This document shows positions 48,299 to 58,897 of a stretch of 64,000 nucleotides of DNA, piece after piece. Below the pieces are notes generated by a model. That model saw only the letters and a program-made list of their open reading frames with translations, ran no database searches and had not been told where the DNA came from. Source of the stretch: Acidobacteriota bacterium (lineage in GTDB: Bacteria; Acidobacteriota; UBA6911; RPQK01; JADFOI01). A program made the position numbers and the translations under genes. The stretch lies in the NCBI GenBank assembly GCA_963663035.1, contig OY760074.1, forward strand, positions 384,001 through 448,000. The letters run 5' to 3'. Numbering within the stretch: position 1 is the stretch's first letter; the number at the start of each line of letters is the position of its first letter.

Positions 48299-48985
48299 TT
48301 ACTCGAAGAGGAGAGGTTCCATCAGTTTTTCAGGATCCGAGATCAGAAAATAACCTTTCTCGACGCTGAGGACGTCTTCAGTCTGGAGTTGTCCCAGCAC
48401 TCTCGTTGCAGTTTCGCGGGAGATTCCTGCCAGTTCGGCTAGCTCGCGGTGGGTGAGGTGTAAGTTTATCCTCATTCCCTGCTCGGTTCTGATGCCGCGG
48501 TTTTGGCACAAGTGATAGAGCGCGCCACGAACTCTGGCATCCGCATGGTGGAAAGCGAGAACTGAGATTTGGGCCCAAGCATCGCGACAGCGTCTGCACA
48601 GCATCTTCAAGAACACACTGTTAACCTTGGGGTTCTGGAGCAAGACCGAGAAGTCGTGACGAGTGATGACCAGGATCGTAGTAGGAACAACGGCTGTCAC
48701 GTTGGCAGGAGTCGTTCCTCCATCGATGAGAGACATTTCCCCAAAGTACTCTCCGACTTTGTGGAAGGTCAGAATGGCTTCTCTCCCATTGGGTAGGGCT
48801 CTGGAAACCTTCACACGCCCTTTCTTAATGACATACATGTACTTTCCTGTGTCTTCTTCCAGGAAGATAACCTCATTCCTTTTGTAAGTCCGCTCCTTGA
48901 ACATCTCTGCCACTGATTCCACTTCTGCTTCGGCCAGATCTTCGAAAATTGCGACCTCTCTGAGGAAGTCCTGGTTCTCTGTCAT
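48299..48985 (-). CDS. CRP/FNR family transcriptional regulator
   Basis: cNMP-binding fold (FGEMSLIDG) and HTH LTHRELAELAGISRETATRVL. Confidence 0.95.
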   Translation of the reverse strand: MTENQDFLREVAIFEDLAEAEVESVAEMFKERTYKRNEVIFLEEDTGKYMYVIKKGRVKVSRALPNGREAILTFHKVGEYFGEMSLIDGGTTPANVTAVVPTTILVITRHDFSVLLQNPKVNSVFLKMLCRRCRDAWAQISVLAFHHADARVRGALYHLCQNRGIRTEQGMRINLHLTHRELAELAGISRETATRVLGQLQTEDVLSVEKGYFLISDPEKLMEPLLFE

Positions 48986-49584
48986 ATTTTCCCTAACAAG
49001 ATGAGAAGTGTTTCAAGGCTCTGCAAATGATAACGTTCAACCAACTCCTCAAGGAGGTCTGGCACTGTTTCCAGATCCTGCAGATGAGTTTGAACTTGGT
49101 CGATCAGAGGTTCACTTCGAAAGACTAGATTACCACAACGGAGTGCGTGTCTGGCCCCTACTCTGGCCAAATGGTGCCCCAGAGTGCGGGCCGCCGGGTA
49201 GAAGAAGAGAATGTTTGGACCAGGCAGGGGAATCAGGGGTAACCCAACAATTCCCCCCACTATGGAGAAAAAAGCGTCAATCCGAACCCAACGGCTGTGC
49301 TTGAGGTAGCGAGCTTTGAGGAAGGCGAGAAGCCTTTCCTGTGCCTCAGCCGAATCGATACTGGCGGGATGGTAGACCTGCAAATCAGTGGCGTGTCGCA
49401 GTTGAGAACACAGTCGCTCGTGGTAGTCCAGTTTATCCATGAGTCTCTGATAGGCCTGCTGTACTCCGTGCTTGACTCGGTCCCATGTCCCTGAGCCTGC
49501 GGCCATTCCTTGGTTGGGTCTAGAAGCCTTTTCCAAAATGGGATAGCTTTCGCCATCATGGGTTTCAAACAACAGCAAGTTCAT
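48982..49584 (-). CDS. Hypothetical membrane protein, possibly Mit_KHE1-like
   Basis: VYHP...KH-x-RW...TM...PLPGPNILFFY-x-x-x-R-x-x-x-H-x-x-A-x-x-G motif; overlaps the CRP gene start. Confidence 0.6.
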   Translation of the reverse strand: MNLLLFETHDGESYPILEKASRPNQGMAAGSGTWDRVKHGVQQAYQRLMDKLDYHERLCSQLRHATDLQVYHPASIDSAEAQERLLAFLKARYLKHSRWVRIDAFFSIVGGIVGLPLIPLPGPNILFFYPAARTLGHHLARVGARHALRCGNLVFRSEPLIDQVQTHLQDLETVPDLLEELVERYHLQSLETLLILLGKI

Positions 49585-49593
49585 GGTCAGACT

Positions 49594-50229
49594 CTAGTGA
49601 GACTCCTGTCCCAGGGCGAGATACTGGGATACTCGTTTAGCTGGATTGGGGGCATTCACGATGTCGGAGATCACAGCCACTGAATCGGCACCCGCTGCCC
49701 ACACCTGTGCAGCGTTATTCAGAGAGATTCCTCCGATCGCCACCACTGGATACCTGCTCTCTGCAATGAGCCTGCTCATGGTTTCCACTCCCAGGGGTGG
49801 ATTTCCCCCTTCCTTGGTTGAGGTGGAGAAGACGGGGCCGATGGCGATGTAGTCGATATCTTGGGACTGGGCCTCCAGAAACTGGTCCTGATTGTGGGTT
49901 GAAAGCCCAATGAGAGCTTCTTTTCCTAACAGCTCCCGGGCCACTTTCACGGGAAGATCTCCTTGACCCAAATGAACTCCGTCAGCTCCCCCAGCCAGGG
50001 CCAGATCGACCCGGTCATTCACCAGAAATTGTGCCCCCAGAGGCTGGCACAAAGATTGAATCTGGAGAAGCTGTGGATAGAGGAGAGAATCGGAAAGGGT
50101 GGGTTCCCGCACCTGAAGAAATCGTGCCCCTCCCTCCAGGTAACGCTTGGCTAATTGAGCGTGGTTGAAACCGTTGCAGTTGTTCGAGTGGGTGACGGGA
50201 TACACTTTTCCCAAGTGGAGCTGCCTCAT
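49594..50229 (-). CDS. thiE: Thiamine-phosphate synthase
   Basis: LQVRE, VNDRVDLA, DGVHLGQGD, GLSTH, GPVFSTSTK, VAIGGI; start set at MRQLH. Confidence 0.93.
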   Translation of the reverse strand: MRQLHLGKVYPVTHSNNCNGFNHAQLAKRYLEGGARFLQVREPTLSDSLLYPQLLQIQSLCQPLGAQFLVNDRVDLALAGGADGVHLGQGDLPVKVARELLGKEALIGLSTHNQDQFLEAQSQDIDYIAIGPVFSTSTKEGGNPPLGVETMSRLIAESRYPVVAIGGISLNNAAQVWAAGADSVAVISDIVNAPNPAKRVSQYLALGQESH

Positions 50230-51569
50230 CAGGCTGTAAGAGACGTTACCAGGATGACTGCGATAGCCGCCGGGCACGCATAGCGAACTAAGAAGCTCCA
50301 CAGTTTTGCCAGTGGGAAGGAGGGGTAGCCGCTGCGAATTTCTTCCAGGGCCTTGTGAATACCCCACTTCCAGCCGGCGAAAAGGCAAATGAAGAGAGCT
50401 CCCACTGCCAGGGCAATTTCCCCAAAATACCAGAAGACCTGATCCAGGAACCCAGAAAAGAGAGAGACCGAGCCGTTGCCCAGCGCACTGGGAATTCCCA
50501 TCAGAAAAGCGGAAGAGCCCACCAGTAGGGTCGCACTCTTTCTTTGCAATCCCTGTTGGTCGATGAAATAGGCCACCACCACTTCGAGGAGGGAAATGGT
50601 TGAGGTCAAGGCTGCAATAGCCAAAAGGAAGAAGAAGATCGTCCCGAACAGTTGTCCCAAGGGAATGGCATTAAAAATGTTGGGAAGCACGAGAAAGATA
50701 AGGCTCGGACCGGCCTCCGGAGACAGGCCGGGAACGGTGAAAAGGGCTGGAAAGATGGCGAATCCGGCAAGAAAGGCAATCATCGTATCGGCCAGGCTGA
50801 CATAAAGGGCACTGGAGACCAGATTGTCAGTGCGGGTAATGTAACTTCCATAGGTAATCATGGCTCCCATGCCCAAACTGAGGGTAAAGAAAGCATGTCC
50901 GAGCGCTGTCCTGACCACGGAAAAGTCGACCTTGCTGAAATCGGGGTTGAGATAAAAGCTGAGGCCTTGTTGAGCTCCCGGGAGTGTGACGGAGCGAATG
51001 ACCAAAAGAACGAGGAGGACACTCAGAACCGGCATCAGAATCTTGGTGGCTTTCTCAATGCCTCCCTCAATACCACCACTGACAATCCAAGTGGTCGCTG
51101 CCATAAAGAGGAAGTGAAAGAGAAGGACCATAGGGCCATCTGCGATAAACTCGTTAAAAATGCCTTCAATTGTTTCTGCATCCACCCCGGAGAACTGGCC
51201 GCTCAAGAGGATCCAGATATACTCCAGAGTCCAGCCTGCCACGACGCAGTAGGCACTGAGGATCATGAAGCCGGTGAGAACTCCCAGAGCGCCCACTGCT
51301 TTCCACCAGCTTTTCGGTGCCAGGGCTTTAAAGGCACCCACCGGATCGCTGCCGGTTCTGCGGCCAATGGAGAGTTCAGCGATCATCACGGGAACGCCAA
51401 TGAGAAGAACACAGCCCAGATAGATCAAAACGAAGGCGGCCCCTCCGTTTTGCCCGGTCATGGTCGGGAATCTCCAGATATTTCCCAATCCGATGGCGGA
51501 TCCCGAAGCAGCCAGAATGAATCCGACCTTTGATCCCCAACTCCCTCGACTGGAAGGCTGTTTACTCAT
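50229..51569 (-). CDS. Sodium-dependent transporter (NSS/SNF family)
   Basis: [36 protein letters not shown]. Confidence 0.95.
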   Translation of the reverse strand: MSKQPSSRGSWGSKVGFILAASGSAIGLGNIWRFPTMTGQNGGAAFVLIYLGCVLLIGVPVMIAELSIGRRTGSDPVGAFKALAPKSWWKAVGALGVLTGFMILSAYCVVAGWTLEYIWILLSGQFSGVDAETIEGIFNEFIADGPMVLLFHFLFMAATTWIVSGGIEGGIEKATKILMPVLSVLLVLLVIRSVTLPGAQQGLSFYLNPDFSKVDFSVVRTALGHAFFTLSLGMGAMITYGSYITRTDNLVSSALYVSLADTMIAFLAGFAIFPALFTVPGLSPEAGPSLIFLVLPNIFNAIPLGQLFGTIFFFLLAIAALTSTISLLEVVVAYFIDQQGLQRKSATLLVGSSAFLMGIPSALGNGSVSLFSGFLDQVFWYFGEIALAVGALFICLFAGWKWGIHKALEEIRSGYPSFPLAKLWSFLVRYACPAAIAVILVTSLTA

Positions 51570-52903
51570 GAAGCGAGCTGATCCAAGAATGAAGTGTCGA
51601 ACTGACCATTGACGAAGCTCGGATGGTTAATGACTTTCTTATGCAGCGGAATGCTGGTTTGAATCCCTTCTATGACGAACAAATCCAGAGCTCGATTCAT
51701 GCGGGCCAGGGCCTCTCGTCGGTCCCTGCCATGTGCTATCAGCTTGGCGATCAAGGAATCGTAGTGGGGTGAAACCTCATACTCAGTGTAGGCGGCAGAA
51801 TCAACTCGGATGCCGGGACCGCCGGGTGGATGGTAGGCGGTGATACTTCCGGGAGAAGGTGTAAAGTCTTCTGGACTCTCCGCATTGATTCGGCATTCGA
51901 CACTGTGCCCACGAAAGACGATGTCCTTCTGGGAAAAGCGCAATTTCTGCCCGGCTGCCGCTCGAATTTGTTCCTTGACGATGTCCAGTCCTGTGACCAT
52001 TTCTGTAACTGGATGTTCCACCTGAACCCGAGTATTCATTTCCAGAAAGTAATAACTGCCGTCCTGGTCGAAAAGAAATTCTACAGTTCCAGCATTTTGA
52101 TAGTCGATGGCTTTCATCGCCTGAACGACTTTCTCCCCCAATTCTTGTCGGAGTTCCTCAGAGACAATGGGGCTTGGAGATTCTTCGATCAGTTTTTGAT
52201 GGCGGCGTTGAATGGTGCACTCACGTTCTCCCAGATGAATGACGTTTCCGTGTTGGTCCGCCAGAATCTGAAGTTCGATATGGCGAGGCTTCTCCATGTA
52301 GCGCTCTATGTAGATAGCAGAATTTCCGAAGGCGCTCTCAGCTTCTGCTTGAGCAGTGGCCAGGGCAGCATGAAGTTGCTCGGTCTTGGTCACCACTCGC
52401 ATTCCTCTCCCTCCCCCTCCTGCAGCCGCTTTGAGAATGATCGGGTGACCAACCTCTTCCGCAATCTGCTCCAGCTTCACATCAGTTTCCTCGATAATAC
52501 TGGTGCCGGGAAGAATAGGCAGACCGGCTTCCTTCATTCTCTTTCTGGCCCGCGTTTTATCTCCCATGAGTTCTATCACTCCGGCGGGGGGGCCGATGAA
52601 CTTGATGCCGCATGTTTCACACACCTCGGCAAAATAAGAGCTTTCGGCAAGGTAGCCGTATCCGGGATGGATGGCGTCCACGTCAGCGATTTCAGCTGCA
52701 CTGATGATACTGGGGATGTTGAGATAACTTTCCTGACTTTTGGCCGGGCCAATGCAGACGGCTTCGTCAGCAAAGCGAACATGCAGGGAATGGCGGTCTA
52801 CTTCTGAGTAAACCGCTACCGTCTGTATCTGCAGTTCCTTGCAGGCACAAATGACACGCAGAGCGATCTCACCACGATTCGCAACAAGGACTTTTCTGAA
52901 CAT
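51566..52903 (-). CDS. accC: Acetyl-CoA carboxylase biotin carboxylase
   Basis: [38 protein letters not shown]. Confidence 0.97.
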   Translation of the reverse strand: MFRKVLVANRGEIALRVICACKELQIQTVAVYSEVDRHSLHVRFADEAVCIGPAKSQESYLNIPSIISAAEIADVDAIHPGYGYLAESSYFAEVCETCGIKFIGPPAGVIELMGDKTRARKRMKEAGLPILPGTSIIEETDVKLEQIAEEVGHPIILKAAAGGGGRGMRVVTKTEQLHAALATAQAEAESAFGNSAIYIERYMEKPRHIELQILADQHGNVIHLGERECTIQRRHQKLIEESPSPIVSEELRQELGEKVVQAMKAIDYQNAGTVEFLFDQDGSYYFLEMNTRVQVEHPVTEMVTGLDIVKEQIRAAAGQKLRFSQKDIVFRGHSVECRINAESPEDFTPSPGSITAYHPPGGPGIRVDSAAYTEYEVSPHYDSLIAKLIAHGRDRREALARMNRALDLFVIEGIQTSIPLHKKVINHPSFVNGQFDTSFLDQLAS

Positions 52904-52907
52904 CGGT

Positions 52908-53378
52908 TCAGCTTTTCACCTGGATTTCAAATAAAGGTTGGCCGTATTCCACGGGTTGTCCATTCTCGACAAGTATTTTGATGATTTCTCCCTCTCTGTC
53001 GCATTCAATTTGGTTGAAGATCTTCATGGCTTCAATGATGCATAAGATAGTCTTTTCACTTACCTGATCTCCTGGTTGGACAAGAGGTTCCGCATCTGGC
53101 TTGGGCGTAAGATAGAAGGTTCCAATGATAGGAGCCTTAAAGATGTAATTTTCTTCTTCTTTTTCTCTTTCTTTTTCTTTAGGGGTCTCCTCTGTCTGTG
53201 TCTCTGCTGCGGGAGGGGGTGAAGGCGTCTCCGTTGCTACAGTCTCAGCCGGTGGGGTGGTTGGAACTGCCAATGTTTTCCGGATTCGTATTCGAACTCC
53301 AGATCTCTCCATCTCGAATTCATCAACGTTGGATTGCTCAATCAACTTGATGAGCTCTCTGATCTCCTTAATGTGCAT
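52908..53378 (-). CDS. accB: Biotin carboxyl carrier protein
   Basis: [18 protein letters not shown]. Confidence 0.96.
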   Translation of the reverse strand: MHIKEIRELIKLIEQSNVDEFEMERSGVRIRIRKTLAVPTTPPAETVATETPSPPPAAETQTEETPKEKEREKEEENYIFKAPIIGTFYLTPKPDAEPLVQPGDQVSEKTILCIIEAMKIFNQIECDREGEIIKILVENGQPVEYGQPLFEIQVKS

Positions 53379-53453
53379 CCCTTCTCCCTGCTCTGCTGCA
53401 GCCTAATACAGCGTTCATTGTCCTTAGTTGGCCTTCAATAGTCAATAAAGCAT

Positions 53454-54524
53454 CTAGCGACTGCGGTCTGAAAGTAACTCGCATCCGTTATGGGTGACCG
53501 CAACGGCGTCCTCGATTCGCACACCGTACTGGCCAGGCAAGTAGATTCCCGGTTCGACAGTGAAAACCATCCCTTCCTGAAGTTCACGAGGCCTACGGGC
53601 GGATACCACAGGCAACTCGTGCACCTCCAGGCCGAGGCCGTGGCCGGTACTGTGGCCAAAGTTCTCTCCGAATCCATGCTGTGAGATGACGCTGCGCGCG
53701 GCGTCATCGATCTGGCTGGACAGGACCCCCGGTTTTATCAGGGTAAGAGCTTTCTCCTGAGCTTCCTGGACCACCTGATAGATGGCGGGTCGTTTCGCAT
53801 CGGGAAACAGGTGAATGCGGGTGAGATCACTGCAGTAGCCCTGGTATTTCAGGCCAAAGTCAATCAAGACAAACTCGGTTGATTCGATCCTCTTGTCCGT
53901 CGAAGAGGCGTGAGGGAGCGAAGTCCGAGGTCCTGAAGCAACGATGGTTTCGAAGGCGAGACCCTGACCTCCTGCTTGGCGGAGTTCGAATTCAAGGATC
54001 CCGACCACTTCCGATTCTGTCATTCCTGGTCGAATCTTTTCTCCGAAGTTGTGGTAGGCCTTTTGAGCAATCTGAAAAGCCCTTTCCAGGAGCTGTATTT
54101 CTTCCTGGTCTTTGATCATTCGCAGTTCTTCAATCAGATTACGGGTAGGGACCCACTCAATGTTGGTTTGCCAGGACTGGAGTCGAAGCACGAAGTCGTA
54201 GGAGATATGCTGGGCTTCCAGGCCGATCCTGGGAGTGTGACCCTGGAAGCGTTCGGGAGTCGAAAGAAAGGATTTGAGAGTGTCCTCGAGGGACTTCTCC
54301 GCCAACACACTCTGGCAGTTGCGGGTCTGGGAGGCAGCCTGCTCGATGTAGCGTGAGTCCACAATCAGATGGCTTTCTGTAGCCAGGCAGCAGGCCAAAC
54401 CGGCAGACCCGGTAAAGTTAAAGAGGTAGCGCAGATTAGGTGGGTGGGTGACCAGAAAACCGTCCAGGCGATGTGATTCCAAACACTCTAGCCATCGCCT
54501 GAAGCGGGTTTCATACTCGGGCAA
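53454..54524 (-). CDS. Xaa-Pro aminopeptidase (M24 family)
   Basis: IDFG, YCSDLTR, HSTGHGLGLEVHE, TVEPGIY, GVRIED; start set at TTG directly after the pilQ stop. Confidence 0.93.
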   Translation of the reverse strand: MPEYETRFRRWLECLESHRLDGFLVTHPPNLRYLFNFTGSAGLACCLATESHLIVDSRYIEQAASQTRNCQSVLAEKSLEDTLKSFLSTPERFQGHTPRIGLEAQHISYDFVLRLQSWQTNIEWVPTRNLIEELRMIKDQEEIQLLERAFQIAQKAYHNFGEKIRPGMTESEVVGILEFELRQAGGQGLAFETIVASGPRTSLPHASSTDKRIESTEFVLIDFGLKYQGYCSDLTRIHLFPDAKRPAIYQVVQEAQEKALTLIKPGVLSSQIDDAARSVISQHGFGENFGHSTGHGLGLEVHELPVVSARRPRELQEGMVFTVEPGIYLPGQYGVRIEDAVAVTHNGCELLSDRSR

Positions 54525-54525
54525 A

Positions 54526-55908
54526 TCACTTCTGGATTCGGGCGGTAATGAAGAACAGGATCTCGCGGGTGTCCTCCTGGTTAGAAGAGGTTTTGAACAA
54601 GTTCCCAATCACCGGGATTCTTCCCAGACCAGGCACGCGGTCTTCACTCTGACTCTGCTCTTGAACATAGATGCCGCCAATCACGGTCGTTCCCCCATCT
54701 GACACCAGGACCTCGGAGGTGGCCTGGCTGGTCAGAATTTCAGGAATTCCCAGGACTGTCCTGCCGAAGTTGGGTCGATTATTTTCCACCGAGATTTTTA
54801 ACATTATTGTGTTGATGTTCGTTACTCGGGGAAGGACGGTGAGCTGCAAAGCGGCAGTCTGGAACTGCACGGTGGTTGTGAAGTTCTGTGTAACGGGAAT
54901 TGGAATCTGTTCACCCTGAGTGATCGTTGCTTCCGAGTTGTTCAGTACCATCACGTGGGGCTTGGATAGGACCTTCGCGGTACCTTCCCTTTCAGCTGCC
55001 GTGATAATGGCGTCCAGGCGAAAGACGTCCAGGAGTCCCCCCGTTGAAAAGATGCCCAGGCTGGTAAATCCCTCAGCCGGGCGGTTGATTCCGGTCGCGC
55101 CAGTGCCTCCTACCCGTGGAGCCCTGATACCTGTCTCCGTATCATCTATAAATCTCGTGATCGTGGGATCGTCCTGTAAGTGGTCGAAGTCAAATTTTCC
55201 GGCACTGATTCCCAGCTGAACCCCAAGGCCACGGGCAAAGTTGGTCGAGGCCTCGATGATGCGAGCCTCGATTTCCACTTGTTTTTCGGCCACGTCCAAG
55301 GTTTCGAGCAGGTCGCTCACAGCCCTGATGCCCAGTGGAATATCGCTAATGATCAGGGTATTGGTCCGCGCGTCGACGTTCATGCTGCCGCGAGGGCTCA
55401 GATGGGGCTCCAAGGTGCCCATGATCTCATCTCCGGTGGCGTAATTGAGACGCTTGCTCACGGTAATGGTGTCTTCCGCCAGAAAGGTAGCTTCGTTCAG
55501 TTGTTGGCGGGCTTCTTGTTCCTGTCTTAACTTTCCCTGGGTGGAAATGCGCACCAGATTTCCCTCGATCCTTTTGGCAAGTCCCTGGCTCTGTAGAACC
55601 GCCTCAAAGAGTTGGTCCCAGGGCACCTGTTCTACATTCAGCGTGAGCGATCCAGCCACCTCCGGGTCAATCAGAATGTTCAGGCCGCTCAGTTCCGAAA
55701 TGGTTCTGAAGAAATCGGAGACAGAGATCTGGACCACCTTCAAGGAAACAGGTTCGCCCTCGAAAGAAAGCTGCTCGACTGCCAGTGCCGCTGGAAGGTT
55801 CCCTTGAGCCCGTGCGTTGACCGAGTAAAACGGAAAGGAGCACACGACAGCCAGAAGGAACACTTGAGATAGGCCTTGTGGTAAGACGTATTTTTTTGTA
55901 TTGGTCAT
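54526..55908 (-). CDS. pilQ: Type IV pilus secretin PilQ-like (short, no AMIN domains)
   Basis: VPWDQ, DARTNTLII, QVEIEARIIEA, DGGTTVIGG, VPGLGRIPVIGNLFK. Confidence 0.9.
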   Translation of the reverse strand: MTNTKKYVLPQGLSQVFLLAVVCSFPFYSVNARAQGNLPAALAVEQLSFEGEPVSLKVVQISVSDFFRTISELSGLNILIDPEVAGSLTLNVEQVPWDQLFEAVLQSQGLAKRIEGNLVRISTQGKLRQEQEARQQLNEATFLAEDTITVSKRLNYATGDEIMGTLEPHLSPRGSMNVDARTNTLIISDIPLGIRAVSDLLETLDVAEKQVEIEARIIEASTNFARGLGVQLGISAGKFDFDHLQDDPTITRFIDDTETGIRAPRVGGTGATGINRPAEGFTSLGIFSTGGLLDVFRLDAIITAAEREGTAKVLSKPHVMVLNNSEATITQGEQIPIPVTQNFTTTVQFQTAALQLTVLPRVTNINTIMLKISVENNRPNFGRTVLGIPEILTSQATSEVLVSDGGTTVIGGIYVQEQSQSEDRVPGLGRIPVIGNLFKTSSNQEDTREILFFITARIQK

Positions 55909-55916
55909 TCTCTCTC

Positions 55917-56366
55917 CTAATCTTCTTCGGACATCAGCCTTTTGACCACCCTCAGGTTCTCCGCATTGCCCCGGGCGTCAAAGGCTTCCTGAATGAACAC
56001 GACCTCTTGCTGGGAAATTTCGAATATATACCCGTCAAACAGCCTGGCGTCTTCTCGGGCCATGTAGGTGAAACCGTCAACGCCCATCAGAAGGACGACT
56101 TTAGACTCCTCCCCAACCGCCACACCGGTGATGGCCACCTCTTCGATGGCAAGTCCCACCAGGCCCAAGGGTCTTTCGCTCAGGGGCGGGAGTTCGGGAA
56201 TGAATACCTCGGGTTGTTCTTCGCGAAACAGCTCGTCCAAGTCGACAAAGGGATCTCTCCTCCCTCTGGGATCATAGATTTGAGCCTGAAGCTCTACGGG
56301 CAGGCTCAAGCCACAAGAGAGCACGATCAGGAAAGTACTGAGAAACCCCTTACAAGCCTTTGCCAT
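55917..56366 (-). CDS. PilP-like pilus assembly protein
   Basis: Signal peptide, YDPRGRRDPF motif, position between pilO and pilQ. Confidence 0.75.
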   Translation of the reverse strand: MAKACKGFLSTFLIVLSCGLSLPVELQAQIYDPRGRRDPFVDLDELFREEQPEVFIPELPPLSERPLGLVGLAIEEVAITGVAVGEESKVVLLMGVDGFTYMAREDARLFDGYIFEISQQEVVFIQEAFDARGNAENLRVVKRLMSEED

Positions 56367-56400
56367 CTTCTTCCTTCTTTCCAAGTTACCGTTGCGGGTT

Positions 56401-56967
56401 CTAGCTCGACTCTGGTTCCACAAAAACAAAAGTGGTGGCGGTACAGGTTGCCGATATGGTCCGGTCTGGATCCGCGTTGGAAAGGGCTCTGATTTCGATG
56501 TTCTTGACGTTGATAATTCGTTGGAAATTAGCCACCCTTTGGAAGAAAAGTCCCAAGTTGTTGTAGCTGCCTTCCAGAGACATCCGAATCGGCCAATCTT
56601 GGTAAAATTCGTGTTGTTCCGTTGCCTGGGGGGTGAAGCTTCTGATGCTGAGATCAGATTCAACGGCTAACTCTTCAATTCGACGAACGATTTCGGCTGT
56701 TTCTTTCTCATCGGGCAGAACCTGATTGAGTTCATCCAACTGGCTCTCCAGCTCACCAACTTCCAGTTCGAATTGGGGAAGTCTGTCCGCTACGGTCCGC
56801 CCCGCCTCGACTTCGTTGGTGAGTTGAACTATGCTGTCCCTCTGGGAAGCGATTTCGACAGTGGCAGGATTGATCACGGAGTACCAGAAAAAACCCAGCC
56901 CAACTACAGCCAGGCCGGCAAGTAGGATTTGCTGCTGTTGCGGTAAGTCAGCAATCTTCTGGATCAT
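56401..56967 (-). CDS. pilO: Type IV pilus assembly protein PilO
   Basis: TM plus coiled coil, LPDEKE, FYQDWPI, GSYNNLGLFF...RIINV. Confidence 0.9.
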   Translation of the reverse strand: MIQKIADLPQQQQILLAGLAVVGLGFFWYSVINPATVEIASQRDSIVQLTNEVEAGRTVADRLPQFELEVGELESQLDELNQVLPDEKETAEIVRRIEELAVESDLSIRSFTPQATEQHEFYQDWPIRMSLEGSYNNLGLFFQRVANFQRIINVKNIEIRALSNADPDRTISATCTATTFVFVEPESS

Positions 56968-57510
56968 TCGCTTTCGTCCTCAGTCGCAGTCTCACAATGC
57001 AGTTGGAATTTGATACTGCTTTCCTGGTCCTGTTCCCAAAATTGAAGATCGACATAATTGAAGGCACGAGTATTGTCCAGAGCGGCAATAAAATCGGCCA
57101 CAAATGGCACGTCAAACGCCCGTCCCTCAATAGTGAGGAGGTTATCTTGCTGGACCAAACTTGTCAGCCACAGTCCGGGAGGGTTGTTGGGAACGCTGCC
57201 AATTACAACATTCATCAACTCCACAGGCCCTGATTTGGTTGTCCTTGAGCCGTTCGATAATGGCAATCCGCTCCTCCAGTGACCGTTTCCGGTCTTCAAA
57301 TTCCTCAACCTTGGCCGTGATCTCCTGCAGCCTTATACTTTTCGCCTGGAGCTGGTCAACCGTCACCTGCAGGCTGGCACGAGTGCTGGTGACGTTCCAG
57401 TACCAGCCTCCCACGCCCATCGCAGCCAGGAGAATCCCTAAGATGGCGTACTGCTGCACCGGTGTGGATGTAACTGCCTCGAAGGTTGGGTAGAGGTTGA
57501 CTCTTATCAT
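56964..57510 (-). pseudogene. pilN: PilN-like gene split by a +1 frameshift near 57235
   Basis: MIRVNLYP, TM and coiled coil to KDNQ in one frame; SGPVELM...LWLTSL...IEGRA in the next frame. Removing one T from TTT (57234-57236) restores KDNQSGPV. Confidence 0.8.
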
Positions 57511-57971
57511 CGGTCCCTAACGCTCCTCAGGCTCCACATCTCAAATTGACTCATACATGTACGATATCCGAAAGTCTTCTGGAGTTCCAGAATCGGTCCT
57601 TCCGAGACCGATCGCAATCTGGATCCGGCAGTCCTCTCATGCTGGATTTTCTGAGCTTCGTATGGATTTCCGCTGTCTGGCCTGACCGGAAACAGGGAAA
57701 CGGCAAACATACCGACACTCGCACTTACCAAGCTTCTTGCTTCCCCAGAAAACAAAGCAGCAAGCTCCTTGAGCGAAGCTGACTGCGGAACACTGCCTAC
57801 CATAGGATCCTAGTATGACAGTTTCCGGAACCGAGTTAAATTTTTTCCACAATTTTTTCACAGTTTTTCCACTCGCCGGGGTTATGCAGTAGAAAACCTG
57901 TTGCGTCATTCCGGCTCGAGCCATTAGCCCTTCAAGAGGTCTTCTGAAGCTCTGTTTACTACCCCGAAAAC

Positions 57972-58001
57972 TTGACAGTGATGAACTCGTTCCTGTATTT
58001 T
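57972..58001 (+). promoter_or_regulatory. sigma-70 promoter candidate for the rplM operon
   Basis: TTGACA-N18-TATTTT upstream of rplM. Confidence 0.4.
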
Positions 58002-58047
58002 TTGCGTTTACTTTTTAGACGGTTGTAAAAAGTATAGGGGCCCATCT

Positions 58048-58476
58048 GTGAAGACGTACATAAAGCCTGTGAATGAGATCGAGCGGAAATGGTATCTGGT
58101 GGATGCTGAAGATCGAATCTTGGGCCGTCTGGCCTCACGCATCGCCTCCATTCTCATGGGCAAGGAAAAGCCGTGGTATTGTGATTTTCTCGACACAGGC
58201 GATTTCCTGATAGTGGTCAACGCCGACAAGATCACGCTCACCGGGAAGAAGTGGGAAAAGAAGACTTATTACGCCCATAGTGGCTATCCTGGCGGTCTCA
58301 AGGAAATCCGAGCCAAGGACTTGCTCAGCAAGCACCCTGAACGTCTGATGAGGTTTGCCGTAAGAGGGATGCTTCCCAAGAACAAGTTAGGGCGGAAGAT
58401 GTTAAAGAAGCTAAAGGTCTATGCTGGTAGCGATCATCCGCACCAGGCGCAGAGGCCTGAGGCCCTGGTGTTTTGA
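58048..58476 (+). CDS. rplM: 50S ribosomal protein L13
   Basis: [31 protein letters not shown]. Confidence 0.98.
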   Translation: MKTYIKPVNEIERKWYLVDAEDRILGRLASRIASILMGKEKPWYCDFLDTGDFLIVVNADKITLTGKKWEKKTYYAHSGYPGGLKEIRAKDLLSKHPERLMRFAVRGMLPKNKLGRKMLKKLKVYAGSDHPHQAQRPEALVF

Positions 58477-58490
58477 GGAGATTATAAGGA

Positions 58491-58883
58491 TTGGAAAAGA
58501 CTCAGTACTATGGAACTGGCAAAAGGAAGACCTCAACGGCCCGAGTCTTCTTAATGCCAGGGACGGGGCAGATTGTAGTGAACCGCCTCGATTTTCAGGA
58601 TTATTTTAAAAGTAAGGTCCAGCGCATGGTTGTCACCCAGCCGCTGGTTTTGACGGAACAGTCCGATGCGTTTGATGTCTACATCAACGTCAAGGGCGGA
58701 GGCTATACCGGACAGGCGGGTGCCGCTCGACTGGGAATTGCGCGGGCGTTATTGGAATTTGATTCTGGCCTGCGTGAGAAATTGAAAAAAGCGAGGTTTC
58801 TCAACCGCGATTCACGAATCAAAGAACGCAAGAAATACGGTCAGCCAGGCGCCAGGAAGCGCTTTCAATTTTCCAAACGATAA
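58491..58883 (+). CDS. rpsI: 30S ribosomal protein S9
   Basis: [31 protein letters not shown]. Confidence 0.98.
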   Translation: MEKTQYYGTGKRKTSTARVFLMPGTGQIVVNRLDFQDYFKSKVQRMVVTQPLVLTEQSDAFDVYINVKGGGYTGQAGAARLGIARALLEFDSGLREKLKKARFLNRDSRIKERKKYGQPGARKRFQFSKR

Positions 58884-58897
58884 TCAGGAGGAGCTGT

